In this document: in pieces, positions 1 through 9,220 of the stretch
Layout: each line of letters opens with the position of its first letter
Numbering within the stretch: position 1 is the stretch's first letter
Source: Candidatus Aldehydirespiratoraceae bacterium
Lineage (GTDB): Bacteria > Actinomycetota > Acidimicrobiia > Acidimicrobiales > Aldehydirespiratoraceae
Assembly (NCBI GenBank): GCA_965221635.1
Contig: OZ244902.1
Location: 479,957 to 543,956, forward strand
Direction: 5' to 3'
DNA: 64,000 bases
Notes under the pieces: generated by a model
What the model was told of the DNA's origin: nothing
The model's input: the letters and a program-made list of their open reading frames with translations, nothing else
Database searches by the model: none
Made by a program: the position numbers and the translations under genes

Positions 1-12
1 CGAAACCGCTGC

Positions 13-429
13 TCAGGCGAGCCTCATCCCGTAGCCGTAGCCATGGGAGTTGGTTCGCTGGTGCAGGTCTCCGTCGGGCGACGGCTCAACCATCTTGCCG
101 AGGATGATCACCCCGGTCGGGCATCGATCCACGCACAGCGCGCAACGGGTACACACGTCGTCGTCGATGGTGAAGATCACCCGGTCGTTGGGGTCGATGC
201 CGGGAAGCTCGGTGCCGACGGCCTCGTCGACGGCGTCGGGGGTGACCATGAAGATGCACTTCCACGGGCAGATGTCCACGCATCCTTCGCACATGATGCA
301 CTCGGACTGGTCTATGTGGATGAACTGCTTGGGCTTCACCGCCTGGGCCATCCATTCGGCGTCGACTTCTTGCAGCACGTAGTCGTCGCGGAACTCCGGC
401 ATCGGGGGGTTGGCATCTGTGGTGGTCAC
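13..429 (-). CDS. 4Fe-4S dicluster ferredoxin
   Basis: 138-aa ORF with two canonical cluster motifs, CIMCEGCVDICP and CTRCALCVDRCP. Its start overlaps the stop of the upstream ORF at 426-429. Confidence 0.8.
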   Translation of the reverse strand: MTTTDANPPMPEFRDDYVLQEVDAEWMAQAVKPKQFIHIDQSECIMCEGCVDICPWKCIFMVTPDAVDEAVGTELPGIDPNDRVIFTIDDDVCTRCALCVDRCPTGVIILGKMVEPSPDGDLHQRTNSHGYGYGMRLA

Positions 430-878
430 AGCTCTGCTCCCTCACGCACCAGCGGCCGCCCGAAGGTGGAAACCTCCACGGGCTTGGCCTCCTTCTTCTT
501 GCCTCGGTTCTGCCACATCATCCACAGGGCCACGTTGCCTGCGATGGCGATGCCGTAGATGGCCACCGCGATCAGGTCGCGCACCACCACGTAGGTGATC
601 GTGAAGGGGAAGCTGCCGCCTTGGGCCTGGGCCTTGAAGATCTCGCCGGGCCCCACGAAGAGCTTGTCGGATCGCCAGTTGAGCTCGTTGTCGGCCCAGG
701 TGAGCCACTGGTGTGGCACCACCCCGTAGATCCAGAACAGCAGGAAGAACACGACCATCGAGCCGAACATGGCCTCGCCCCAGGTGACGGGCGCACCCGC
801 GGGCCTGCGGTTCTTGTAGGCGACTATCGCGCCGGTGAGCACGATGGTGACCACTATGGACAAGGCGAAGGCAACCAA
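426..878 (-). CDS. integral membrane protein of unknown function, translationally coupled to the ferredoxin
   Basis: 150-aa ORF with several hydrophobic spans (FALSIVVTIVLTGAIVAY, MVVFFLLFWIYGVV, AVAIYGIAIAGNVALWMMW). It overlaps the downstream ferredoxin gene by 4 nt. No family recognised. Confidence 0.55.
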   Translation of the reverse strand: MVAFALSIVVTIVLTGAIVAYKNRRPAGAPVTWGEAMFGSMVVFFLLFWIYGVVPHQWLTWADNELNWRSDKLFVGPGEIFKAQAQGGSFPFTITYVVVRDLIAVAIYGIAIAGNVALWMMWQNRGKKKEAKPVEVSTFGRPLVREGAEL

Positions 879-1041
879 CGGATGCTCCTTGGACGACGCT
901 TACCTCTGCGGACGATGTGCCGGTGCTGCGAATCCGGAGCGAACTCCGACCGGCGGGTTGGTGGACGTTTCTGGACGGCTCGCAGTGTAATCACGGTACC
1001 GGCGCGCACACCGGTTTCGTTCAGGGTGCGACCGCGCATGC

Positions 1042-1509
1042 TCAGCGCCTGAACCTGGACGCGTAGCCGATGCGCATCGCCGGCACGAAGATCAACTCCA
1101 CCGCTTCGTACATGGCGCCCAGCATCCAGTCCAGCGCCTCGGCGGTGACCTGATCGGCGGGCATCGCCCCTGCCAGGAACACGGCGTCCTCGACGCCTAT
1201 CTCCAGCTTGAGTCCTTGCAGTTTGTGGTTGCGGCGCAGCAGGTGTTCATAGAAGCGGGCGTGGTTCTCCTCGGGCGCCGGCGTGAGGTACGTCTCGAAG
1301 CTGAGGGTTCGCTGACCGAGGGTGAGCCAGATCGTCCACACGTCCTTTTCCTCGCCACGGATCCTCACGTACCAGCGGCGCTGGTCGTCGGTGCCGCGCT
1401 CCACCGCGTCGATCACCGCGGCGCTGTCTGCTTCCTGTGCGAGCCAGGAGTCCACGAACCGCTCGCACGCGTCGAGCGTTTCGGGCGACAAAGGCTCGCC
1501 GTCAAACAT
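1042..1509 (-). CDS. YbjN-like protein (uncharacterised; chaperone/sensory-regulator fold family)
   Basis: 155-aa acidic ORF directly downstream of mshA, the same arrangement as the mycobacterial mshA/YbjN-family pair. Assigned by resemblance and synteny only. Confidence 0.5.
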   Translation of the reverse strand: MFDGEPLSPETLDACERFVDSWLAQEADSAAVIDAVERGTDDQRRWYVRIRGEEKDVWTIWLTLGQRTLSFETYLTPAPEENHARFYEHLLRRNHKLQGLKLEIGVEDAVFLAGAMPADQVTAEALDWMLGAMYEAVELIFVPAMRIGYASRFRR

Positions 1510-1702
1510 CAGCGCCGTCCCTCAACTCGGCGCTGCATGCACGGGCTTGTGGATGCAGCGCGTGCAGGGGACCGGTCGGGCGCAGCGGATCAGGGGATCC
1601 ACCAATGAACGCGACCCGTCGATGCGGGGGATCCGCCTGTGGGCGGCCGCGATTGATCCGGACATGTTTGCGAGGGCTCGAAGCACGAAGTGGGGCATTG
1701 GT

Positions 1703-2935
1703 TCAGCTTGCGGTGCAGTCCACCAGCGCGGATGCTCGGGCAGGCCTTGCCAGATCTGCGAGGGTTCGTCGCAGGCGCGCCGCAGTGGCTGACCAGGTGT
1801 ACCCCTCGGCTCTTTGCGCGCCGTGGCGGGACATGGACTCGGCCAGGTTCGCATCTTCGAGGATTGTGGAGGTCGCCTCGGCGTAGCGCCGGGGCGAGCG
1901 TTCGGGGATTCGGTAGCCGGTGAGCCCGTGTTTCACCAGGGTTCGCAGTCCTCCCACATCCGCGGCCACCACCGGGATGCCACACGCGGACGCCTCGAGG
2001 GCCACCAGGCCGAAGGACTCCGAGCGGCTCGGCACCAGGCACACGTCGGCCGCCCGGTAGTAGGTGGACAGCAGGTGGTGGGGCTGGGGAGGCACAAGCG
2101 TCACCCGCTGCTGCAGGTGGTTCGCGGCGATGGCCTGGCGGAGGCGTTCCATCTCGTTGTGTCCCTGTTCGCCGGAGGCGCCGCCCACGATCAACAGGTG
2201 TGCCCGGGGATAGTCGGCGCTGAGCGCTGCCAGGGTCTCCACCGCCACCACTGCTCCCTTGAGGGGCTGTATTCGTCCCACGAACAACAACACCGGGCCT
2301 TCCCTGATGCCGAGCGCCTGCCTGGCGCCGTGCTGCGATCCGGGCGAAAAGAACGCTCTGTCCACTCCGGGGGTGACCTTGTGGATGCGGCTCATCGGCG
2401 CCCGGTACAGCGTGGCGAGTTGCTGCGCCTCGGCGTCGGAGTTGGCGGTGATCACGTCCGAACAGGCGATCACCTCGGCTTCGGCTTTGATGCGGGCGTG
2501 AGGCTCGGGGTCGCCGGTGGCGGCCTTCACCCTGGCGAGGGTGTGAAAGGTGGACACGAGCGGCAGGTCCAGGTCGTGCTTGAGTCGGTGGCCTGCCACG
2601 CCCGACAGCCAGTAGTTGGCATGCAGCACGTCTGTGGGCCGCCGGGTGAGATGCCCGCGCACCTGATCGGCGAATTCGTCCACCACCTGCGGCAGGGCCT
2701 CCTTGGGCAGGTCGGGACTGCCGGCAGCCACGTGAACAACCTGAAAACCGGGCTCCACGTCCACCACCTCGGGCGAGCCACGATCCCAGCGTCTCACGAA
2801 CACCGTGGCGTCCACCCCGGTTTGCGCCAGCGACGAAACCAGCTCGCGCACGTACACGTTCATGCCCCCTGCGTCGCCGCGCCCCGGCAGCACCAGGGGT
2901 GATGTGTGCAGGGACAGTACTGCGACCCTGGTCAC
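1703..2935 (-). CDS. mshA: D-inositol-3-phosphate glycosyltransferase (GT4, mycothiol biosynthesis)
   Basis: The ORF runs 1703-3046. The conserved part begins at VTRVAVLSLHTSPLVLPGRGDAGGMNVYVRELV (GTG at 2935). The C-terminal ESFGLVALEASACGIPVVAADVGGL motif is typical of GT4/MshA. The Arg-rich first 37 codons are probably not translated. Confidence 0.85.
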   Translation of the reverse strand: MTRVAVLSLHTSPLVLPGRGDAGGMNVYVRELVSSLAQTGVDATVFVRRWDRGSPEVVDVEPGFQVVHVAAGSPDLPKEALPQVVDEFADQVRGHLTRRPTDVLHANYWLSGVAGHRLKHDLDLPLVSTFHTLARVKAATGDPEPHARIKAEAEVIACSDVITANSDAEAQQLATLYRAPMSRIHKVTPGVDRAFFSPGSQHGARQALGIREGPVLLFVGRIQPLKGAVVAVETLAALSADYPRAHLLIVGGASGEQGHNEMERLRQAIAANHLQQRVTLVPPQPHHLLSTYYRAADVCLVPSRSESFGLVALEASACGIPVVAADVGGLRTLVKHGLTGYRIPERSPRRYAEATSTILEDANLAESMSRHGAQRAEGYTWSATAARLRRTLADLARPARASALVDCTAS

Positions 2936-2949
2936 GGACGACCTGTCCC

Positions 2950-3195
2950 TCAGCCTCCCGACACCGGTGGCAGCACGGCGATCTCGTCGTCGTCTCCCAC
3001 CGGAGTGCTCGGTGCGGTGGGCTCGCCGTTGCACCAAACCTGACACGTCTCAAGCAGCGCCGCGAAGTCCGAGCCGTACCGCTCGCAAGCCGCCTCGAGC
3101 ACCTGGCGCACGGTGGCGCCTTGCACCGTGTCGTGGCCGCACCCTGCAGCCTCGCGAGCTGAGGCAAACAGTCTTAGTCGCGCCACCGGCCTCAC
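2950..3195 (-). CDS. MoaD/ThiS-family ubiquitin-like sulfur-carrier protein
   Basis: The ORF (2950-3297) ends in the diagnostic C-terminal Gly-Gly (...IAVLPPVSGG). VRPVARLRLFASAREAAG resembles MoaD N-termini. Start chosen at GTG 3195; ATG 3267 is an alternative. Confidence 0.6.
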   Translation of the reverse strand: MRPVARLRLFASAREAAGCGHDTVQGATVRQVLEAACERYGSDFAALLETCQVWCNGEPTAPSTPVGDDDEIAVLPPVSGG

Positions 3196-3322
3196 TTTAC
3201 CCCTGCGCACCCCTCGGCCCTGTGGTGAAGCTGCGCGAACGGTCACGACTACGGTCACCGGTGCCATGCGCCCCCAACTCGTGACCATGCGGCCCACACA
3301 TCAGCCGTCGGCGCCTCCACGG

Positions 3323-3350
3323 TTGCATCGTCGCTCCCGATGCATATGCT
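3323..3350 (+). promoter_or_regulatory. candidate sigma-70-type promoter for the 3400 gene
   Basis: TTGCAT (3323-3328), a 16-nt spacer, then TATGCT (3345-3350), inside an unusually AT-rich spacer. GGAGG lies 5 nt before the ATG at 3400. An AAGCAT...ATGCTT inverted repeat lies just downstream. Confidence 0.3.
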
Positions 3351-3399
3351 AAAGCATTCAAAAGGCATGTAATATGCTTGTATTGTAGATGGAGGTGCC

Positions 3400-4194
3400 A
3401 TGTCAACAGAACTGAATCAACATTCGGGTTTGGCCTCAAGCGCGTTCGGGGGCCACGACGAATCCAAGGGTGACGGGTTGCACGGCTTCACCGAGGACGA
3501 CATCGACGACTTTGACGGCGACTGGGAAGACAGCGCCGACGACTGGGGTGGCCTTGGCCCGACCTGTGCCGAACTGGAGGATGCCGCCAGGGCCGGGACG
3601 CTCAACTTGTTCGATCAGTGCGATCAGCCCGACCACGGCGACCCGGAGGCTTGGGTGCCGCCGGCGGCGGTGGAGCGCTACACCCTGCCGTACCGGGCGG
3701 GGGCGTTCGAGGTGCGGATCATTCGCAGCGCCCGACGGGTGAAGACCATTTCGGCGCGCCTGATCGACGGTGTGATCCAGGTGCGTGTGCCGGTGCGGAT
3801 GGCCCCTGCCGAGGAGGTTTCCGCGGCGACCGAGCTCGCTGAGCGGATAGCCCGCCGGAAGCGCTGCGACCACATTTCGCTGAAGGCGCGGGCAGAGCAG
3901 TTGGCGGCTCGCTTCGATCTGCCCACTCCCGAGTCGATCCGGTGGTCTGATCGTCAGCTTCGCAGGTGGGGTTCATGTCAGGTTTCGCGGGGCAGCATCA
4001 ACATCTCGTCGCAGCTTGCCGACGTGCCGCCCTGGGTGCTCGATCACGTGATCGTCCACGAACTGGCGCACCTGCTGGAACCCAACCACTCGCCGGCTTT
4101 CCATGCCTTGGTGAACCGCAACCCCAAGGCCGAACGAGCCGAGGGCTACCTGCGTGCCCTGGAGGACCTGAGGCACTTCCCCCCGAACACCTGA
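3400..4194 (+). CDS. YgjP/DUF45-type (M48-like) zinc metallohydrolase with acidic N-terminal extension
   Basis: 264 aa. The C-terminal half carries WGSC...INISSQLADVPPWVLDHVIVHELAHLLEPNHSPAF (HExxH, DUF45 signature). An Asp/Glu-rich N-terminus of about 80 aa is not usual for the family. Confidence 0.75.
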   Translation: MSTELNQHSGLASSAFGGHDESKGDGLHGFTEDDIDDFDGDWEDSADDWGGLGPTCAELEDAARAGTLNLFDQCDQPDHGDPEAWVPPAAVERYTLPYRAGAFEVRIIRSARRVKTISARLIDGVIQVRVPVRMAPAEEVSAATELAERIARRKRCDHISLKARAEQLAARFDLPTPESIRWSDRQLRRWGSCQVSRGSINISSQLADVPPWVLDHVIVHELAHLLEPNHSPAFHALVNRNPKAERAEGYLRALEDLRHFPPNT

Positions 4195-4245
4195 GAGTGG
4201 GTTCCAGGAGCCGTTGCGGCCCTCGGCCCTCGGTAGGGTCCGGTC

Positions 4246-4318
4246 GGGCCGCTAGCTCATCGGGTAGAGCAGGAGACTTTTAATCTCAAGGTGCCGGGTT
4301 CGAGCCCCGGGCGGCCTA
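4246..4318 (+). tRNA. tRNA-Lys (anticodon UUU)
   Basis: A 73-nt cloverleaf was folded by hand. Acceptor GGGCCGC/GCGGCCT, D-arm GCTC..GAGC, anticodon loop CTTTTAA, T-arm CCGGG-TTCGAGC-CCCGG. Confidence 0.9.
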
Positions 4319-4424
4319 CGGGGTCACACACGCCCAGCGCACCCCTCGGGGTGCGCCACGCGCACAATCACCAGGTGAGGGGTCGGCCAGGTGTAGGGTC
4401 GCATTGTGAAACTCCTCCACTTGG

Positions 4425-5441
4425 GTGCCGTTTGCGTGTCCGCGCAGGTGGCCTGTTGGCGCGGCGGTGAGCGGCGTGGTTGATTGGCCTCCCGACGACT
4501 CCAGTCACATTCCCCAGCCGGTGGCGCTTCCACCCACACGCCGCCCGGCGGGCGCCACCTGGCGGCTCGTGTTTGTGGCGTTGCTGGTGCTGATCGTGGT
4601 GCTCGTGATCGCAATTTGGAGCCTCGGTGGAGACGACGACAGCGACGATGTTGCCACCGGCACGTCCGCCGAGCCCTCGGACACCGCTGACACCGGCAGC
4701 GAATCCGCACAAGACCCATCCGGCGACACTGGCGTGGACGGTGTGGGCGGCGACCAGCCGGCTCAACTCGACGACGACACCACCGCTGCGCAACCCGAGG
4801 AGGGCACCACCACCTCCACCACGTCCACAACAACCACCACCATTGGGATCCCCACAACAACGTTCACCACGACTCTGCCCGAAGACGTTGACGACTACGG
4901 GCCGTCCACGTTGGACGACAACTCCACCGTTTCCACGGTGGGGCTCGATTCGGTTCATTTCGGCATGACCGTGCAGCAGGCCCAGGAGGCGGCCGGGTCT
5001 TTGATGGTGCCGATCGCGCCGGTGAGTGCCTGCTACCACGTGGTTCCTCACGGCGCGCCCGAGGGGATCGTGTTCCTGGTGCACTCGGGAACGATCGAAC
5101 GGGTGGACATAAACAGCGGGCCCATCACCACTCGTTCCGGCGTTGGTGTGGGCACACCAGACGAAACCGTGATCGACTTGTTCGGCGCCTCGATCGAACG
5201 CGAGGTACGGCCCGACGGCACCGTGGATTTGATCTTCGTTCCGCGGGATGCCGGGGATGCCAATTTCCGGGTGATCTTCAACGTGGCCGACGGCAGGGTG
5301 CGTGCCTTCAAGTCCGGGCGGTTGCCCTACATCCTCACCCAAACCGGATGCGAGCCGCCACCGGCCACCACAACCACCGCGGCGCCGGCGCCCGTCGAGG
5401 CCGAAACCCCTGAGGAGTCCTCAACGCCCGAGGCGTCCTGA
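4425..5441 (+). CDS. single-pass membrane-anchored hypothetical protein with Thr/Asp-rich linker
   Basis: 338 aa. It has a TM helix (WRLVFVALLVLIVVLVIAIW), a low-complexity D/T/S linker, then a globular C-terminal domain. Preferred over the antisense ORF 4368-5342, which has shadow-ORF composition. Confidence 0.55.
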   Translation: MPFACPRRWPVGAAVSGVVDWPPDDSSHIPQPVALPPTRRPAGATWRLVFVALLVLIVVLVIAIWSLGGDDDSDDVATGTSAEPSDTADTGSESAQDPSGDTGVDGVGGDQPAQLDDDTTAAQPEEGTTTSTTSTTTTTIGIPTTTFTTTLPEDVDDYGPSTLDDNSTVSTVGLDSVHFGMTVQQAQEAAGSLMVPIAPVSACYHVVPHGAPEGIVFLVHSGTIERVDINSGPITTRSGVGVGTPDETVIDLFGASIEREVRPDGTVDLIFVPRDAGDANFRVIFNVADGRVRAFKSGRLPYILTQTGCEPPPATTTTAAPAPVEAETPEESSTPEAS

Positions 5442-5614
5442 ACGCCCGAGGCCAGGGGACGTAGCCGCGCCGAGGCTTCACCGGCGCCGGTGTTGAAACT
5501 CGCACCCGCGTCCATCCCGGCGGTTCGGGCGAAGCCTTGCGTTTGCCCATGCCACATTGGTTGTTGTGGCCACTCTTGGTGGGGGGTTGCTGTGGCCACT
5601 TTTGGTGGGGCGTG

Positions 5615-6145
5615 CTAGCGGAAGGGCCCTGACACGTAGTCGGCGCAACGAATCTCGAGCGCGCCGAACCCCATTGGCGTGGCTTCGCCGGTGGAGAGAT
5701 CCAGATTCGACACGAGGCGCAGGGCCGAGGCGCGCACCACGTCGTCCTGGAGGTACAACTCGAGCGGCGCGTCAAGCTCGGACTCCACCAGGGTGCCGTC
5801 GCTGAGGCGAAGGCCGAAATAAGGCGCCCCAAGGAACGAGCGCACGTAGAGCTCCACCCGGCCCCCGTCTGTGGCAGCCGGGTCCGGGCCTCCGCCGAGC
5901 AGGAGCAACTCCGCCGCGCCAACGTCGTAGCAGGTCACGTCAACCTCGTAGGTCTGGTCGCCCACGGTGACCGTCCCGAATGATCGCGCCGACGGGTTCA
6001 GAGTTGTGGGCGACAGCGGAGACGCTTGTTCCTGTGCTTGCTCGGGCTCAAAGGCGCCGTCGTCGGTGCCCGCGCAAGCTACTCCTGCCACGGTCGCCGC
6101 GCCGAAGACCGTCACGGTGGCAAGCCGGCGGAGGTGACACTTCAT
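5615..6145 (-). CDS. secreted / lipoprotein-like hypothetical protein
   Basis: Start re-picked at ATG 6145 (MKCHLRRLATVTVFGAATVAGVACAG...), giving a signal peptide with a Cys after the hydrophobic core. The longer ORF to 6574 adds an implausible N-terminus. Confidence 0.55.
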   Translation of the reverse strand: MKCHLRRLATVTVFGAATVAGVACAGTDDGAFEPEQAQEQASPLSPTTLNPSARSFGTVTVGDQTYEVDVTCYDVGAAELLLLGGGPDPAATDGGRVELYVRSFLGAPYFGLRLSDGTLVESELDAPLELYLQDDVVRASALRLVSNLDLSTGEATPMGFGALEIRCADYVSGPFR

Positions 6146-6350
6146 CGACGCCAAAGCACCGGTGATGGTCGGCTGTGTGGAGCGGTGGGCGCGCCTGGTC
6201 ACTGCGGATGCAATGTAGAGGCGCATACTGCGGTGCTCGCGCAGGTTGGGGTGCGCCAGGTGTGGCGGCTGCAGGGCTTGCGGGCTGTTGCGTGTGCGAA
6301 TCGCCGTGAACGGCGTGAACCACCGGGCGCCACGCGGGTAGCGTTCCGGC

Positions 6351-6533
6351 GTGCCATCGCAAGCCGAGATACGCAAAAGGCGCATGAGTGCCGCCCGTGC
6401 CGCGCAAGCCACCTCCAGACCCAGGAGTGTCGGTAGCCGTGATCGGCGCAAGCGAGTGGTGCTTGGAGCGATCGCGCTGTTCCTGGTGGTGATGATGGTG
6501 GCATCGTTGGCTGTGGGCCTGATAGCGGCCTGA
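6351..6533 (+). CDS. possible small membrane protein
   Basis: 60 aa with a basic N-terminus followed by one TM (VVLGAIALFLVVMMVASLAVGLIAA). The N-terminus of the next gene has the same design. No other support. Confidence 0.35.
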   Translation: MPSQAEIRKRRMSAARAAQATSRPRSVGSRDRRKRVVLGAIALFLVVMMVASLAVGLIAA

Positions 6534-6561
6534 TGTCGAGAGCGCGAGGGACCAGAGTCTG

Positions 6562-7566
6562 ATGAGCACAGCAAAGCGGGAGCGTCAACGCCAAAACCGC
6601 AGCCTGCGAATTGCCGCCGCCGAAGCCGCCGCCAAGAAGGCCGCCACCGCCCGGCGGGTGAAGCTGATCGGCACGCTGGCGGTGATCGCGGCGTTGTTCT
6701 TGGCCGGCTTGGCGTTCTGGCAGAGCCTCAACGCCGACGATGTGGAGGTTGTCACCAGCACCGACACCGGCAGCCTCGAAGTGGACGCCGATCCCGCTGA
6801 TCTCCCAGACGATGCCGATGACCTCACCGGCGCCGACGAGCCGGAACTCGAAACCGCGAGCGGTGGGCAGTCCGCGGTGGACGGCGAAGCAGCCGAGCAA
6901 TCCGGCGACGGCGGCTCCTCCGAAGAGGTGAACGAGGTGGCCGATGTTCCCGAGGGCTGCCCTGCGCTCGACGGCAGCAGCGGCAAGGTGATCGACTTCG
7001 ACGGACCTCAGCCGCAGTGCATCGACCCGGACGCCAACTACACCGCCGTGTTCGACACCAGCGAAGGTGAGATGCGTTTCGATCTGCACACCGGCGAGGT
7101 GCCTGGAACGGTGAACAACTTTGTCACCTTGGCTCGCTGGGGTTACTACGACGACACGCTGCTGTTCCGCACCGACCCGTCGATCGACATCATCCAGGGT
7201 GGCTCACCCCACACCAACAGTCCCTCGGATCCGGGGCCTGGATACACCATCGCCGACGAACCAGAGTTCGAGTTGAGTCCCGAAAGCGGAGCACTCGTGG
7301 GGCCCTACCGCTACCAGCCCGGGCAGCTCGTGATGGCCCGCTCCGCCGGGCCCGACTCAGCCGGCGCCCAGTTCTTCATCACCACCGGCGACAAGGTTGC
7401 CCTGTTGGATTCGCAGGGCACCTACGTGGTGTTCGGAAACACCGACGAAGCCGGTCTCGGTGTTGCCCAGTCGATTATGTCCCTGCATGTGGACACCGGC
7501 AATCTCGGCGGTGCGCCGTCACGAGACGTGACCGTCCACTCGGTGACCATCGAGGAATCCGCCTAG
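6562..7566 (+). CDS. membrane-anchored cyclophilin-type peptidyl-prolyl cis-trans isomerase
   Basis: N-terminal TM, an acidic linker, then a cyclophilin core (FDLHTGEVPGTVNNFVTLARWGYYDDTLLFR ... MARSAGPDSAGAQFFITT). Confidence 0.85.
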   Translation: MSTAKRERQRQNRSLRIAAAEAAAKKAATARRVKLIGTLAVIAALFLAGLAFWQSLNADDVEVVTSTDTGSLEVDADPADLPDDADDLTGADEPELETASGGQSAVDGEAAEQSGDGGSSEEVNEVADVPEGCPALDGSSGKVIDFDGPQPQCIDPDANYTAVFDTSEGEMRFDLHTGEVPGTVNNFVTLARWGYYDDTLLFRTDPSIDIIQGGSPHTNSPSDPGPGYTIADEPEFELSPESGALVGPYRYQPGQLVMARSAGPDSAGAQFFITTGDKVALLDSQGTYVVFGNTDEAGLGVAQSIMSLHVDTGNLGGAPSRDVTVHSVTIEESA

Positions 7567-7695
7567 TCGAAGCTCCCCACCGGTTGGCCGGTCCGCTGCC
7601 AACCCGCACGAACACCGCTAGCGCCGGACCACGACCACTGCCAACGCTGGACCACGACTACTGCGAGAGCCGGACTTTCCGGCTGGTGTCGAGTG

Positions 7696-8373
7696 CTAAG
7701 CCGTGGTGGGCAGCGTTGCGGGCCTTCCCGCGAGGCGGGCCTCGATTTTGCCTCCCACCAGCTCCCATCCAGAGGCTGGGCTTGGTTGCGGGTCGCCTGC
7801 GGGCGCTCGGGTGGATCGCACCGCGGCTCCGGATTCGAGCGCCACGAACAACACATCCGGTGGAAGCATCAGGTGCAGGCGGCGACAGCGGTCTCGTGGC
7901 CAGCGTTCCCATCCGGCGGCCACGATGATGTCCGAATACAGCGCCAGGCCCACTGTGAGCGCGCCGCCTCTGTCGTCCACCATCGGGTCACACACAGCCG
8001 CGGCGGCCGCACCCGACCACACCACGGTGGCGTCGCGGTTGGTGGCATCAACAATGGCACTCAGCAGTGGCGTGGCTTTCAGGCCGCTCACCAGATGTGC
8101 GGGGGAGCCGTCGAGCACCAGCACGCCGTCGCAGTCGCTCACCGGTGCTGCCGTTGCGGGGTCGAGCGCGTCGGCTCGTCGCACTGCGCCGATCACCCGG
8201 CAATCCACTCCCAGTTCAGCGGCCCAGGTGTCGATCTTGGCGTGAAGCGCTTCGGGTCGGCTGAACGCCGAGGCCAGAGTCACCACGGCAACCCGTTCAC
8301 AACTGGCCAGCACCTGGCCCGCCGGTGTGGTCACATCGAGCTCACCGCCGCCGGCGAGCACCACCGCGCTCAT
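7696..8373 (-). CDS. peptidase S51 / class-I glutamine-amidotransferase-like protein
   Basis: Start re-picked at ATG 8373 (MSAVVLAGGGELD...), which shares one base with the upstream stop (TGATG). The VVLAGGG...VLVLDGSPAHL pattern resembles the cyanophycinase/peptidase E fold. This is weak. Confidence 0.45.
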   Translation of the reverse strand: MSAVVLAGGGELDVTTPAGQVLASCERVAVVTLASAFSRPEALHAKIDTWAAELGVDCRVIGAVRRADALDPATAAPVSDCDGVLVLDGSPAHLVSGLKATPLLSAIVDATNRDATVVWSGAAAAAVCDPMVDDRGGALTVGLALYSDIIVAAGWERWPRDRCRRLHLMLPPDVLFVALESGAAVRSTRAPAGDPQPSPASGWELVGGKIEARLAGRPATLPTTA

Positions 8374-9041
8374 CACAACCCCCCGTCGGAAGGCGTCTGC
8401 TCGGTGAGAGGGGTGGGACGCCGGGCCCGTAAATCGACCAGCCGCCTCCAGGTGACCGGCGCGCCAACCACGCTGAAGCGCGCAATGTCGGTGACAACGA
8501 GACCGTGGCTCCACAACGCCTGAACAACGTCGCGATCTGACCCCGTCGGCTTTGTGTGATCGGGCACAGGATCTGCCTTCATCAGCAACTCGCCTGCTCG
8601 TCGTAATCCGCTGCGGTCGCACCGGCTGAGACGGGTGCCCAGCGCCCGGCGCCCTCGGGATGCCACACGCCCCGCGCCGGTCACGAAGTCCCGTCCGGGC
8701 CGTGTGGGCGGCACGGCCGGTTCCACCATCAGTACCTGACCCTCTGGTGTCATCAGCTCGGAGATCGCGGTCACGAAGCGGGCCATGTCAGCCACAACAG
8801 GAGTGCGAACCACCGAGATCACGGTGTCGTAACGCTCCCCCGCGGCCGCCTGCTGCTCCAACCAGGATTCGATGCTGAGGTGTTCACCGCTGATCCAGGG
8901 AACCTCGAGCACCCGGCCCGTTGCCTTGGCCACAACACCACCGTGACGCCACTCAAGCGCCGCAGCCAACCGGGTGGGCAGGCCCGGCGGCAGGCCCGGT
9001 CGGCTGGTCACGCCCAGAGATCCTCGATCCGCCAACGCCAC
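8373..9041 (-). CDS. hypothetical protein, methyltransferase-fold-like C-terminal half
   Basis: 222 aa. YDTVISVVRTPVVADMARFVTAISELMTPEGQVLMVEP resembles the post-I region of SAM methyltransferases, but no GxGxG motif I is visible. Confidence 0.4.
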   Translation of the reverse strand: MALADRGSLGVTSRPGLPPGLPTRLAAALEWRHGGVVAKATGRVLEVPWISGEHLSIESWLEQQAAAGERYDTVISVVRTPVVADMARFVTAISELMTPEGQVLMVEPAVPPTRPGRDFVTGAGRVASRGRRALGTRLSRCDRSGLRRAGELLMKADPVPDHTKPTGSDRDVVQALWSHGLVVTDIARFSVVGAPVTWRRLVDLRARRPTPLTEQTPSDGGL

Positions 9042-9220
9042 GGCGTCAAGTTATCCCGTCAAATCCCACAATCTCAGAACCCTCCCTGCCGTCGGCCGGC
9101 CGAATCCGTTGCCCGTCCCCCGAGGTTCTTTACCCCCGCTTACCCGACCTCGCGATCCTGTGGAGGCCACGGTGACATCACCGAGGCGTCAAGAACCACC
9201 AACATCGGAAGGAACATCCA

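Noticed and set aside
1590-3167. 525-aa minus-strand ORF (and the 362-aa plus-strand ORF 1814-2902) overlapping mshA
   Set aside because: They are alternative-frame or antisense shadow ORFs of a high-GC gene. Composition is Arg/Pro/Gly/His-dominated and no motifs are present. The mshA frame carries clear GT4 motifs.
4368-5342. 324-aa minus-strand ORF opposite the 4425-5441 gene
   Set aside because: The plus-strand product has a coherent TM-linker-globular architecture. The minus-strand product is Gly/His/Arg/Val-rich without structure-like features.
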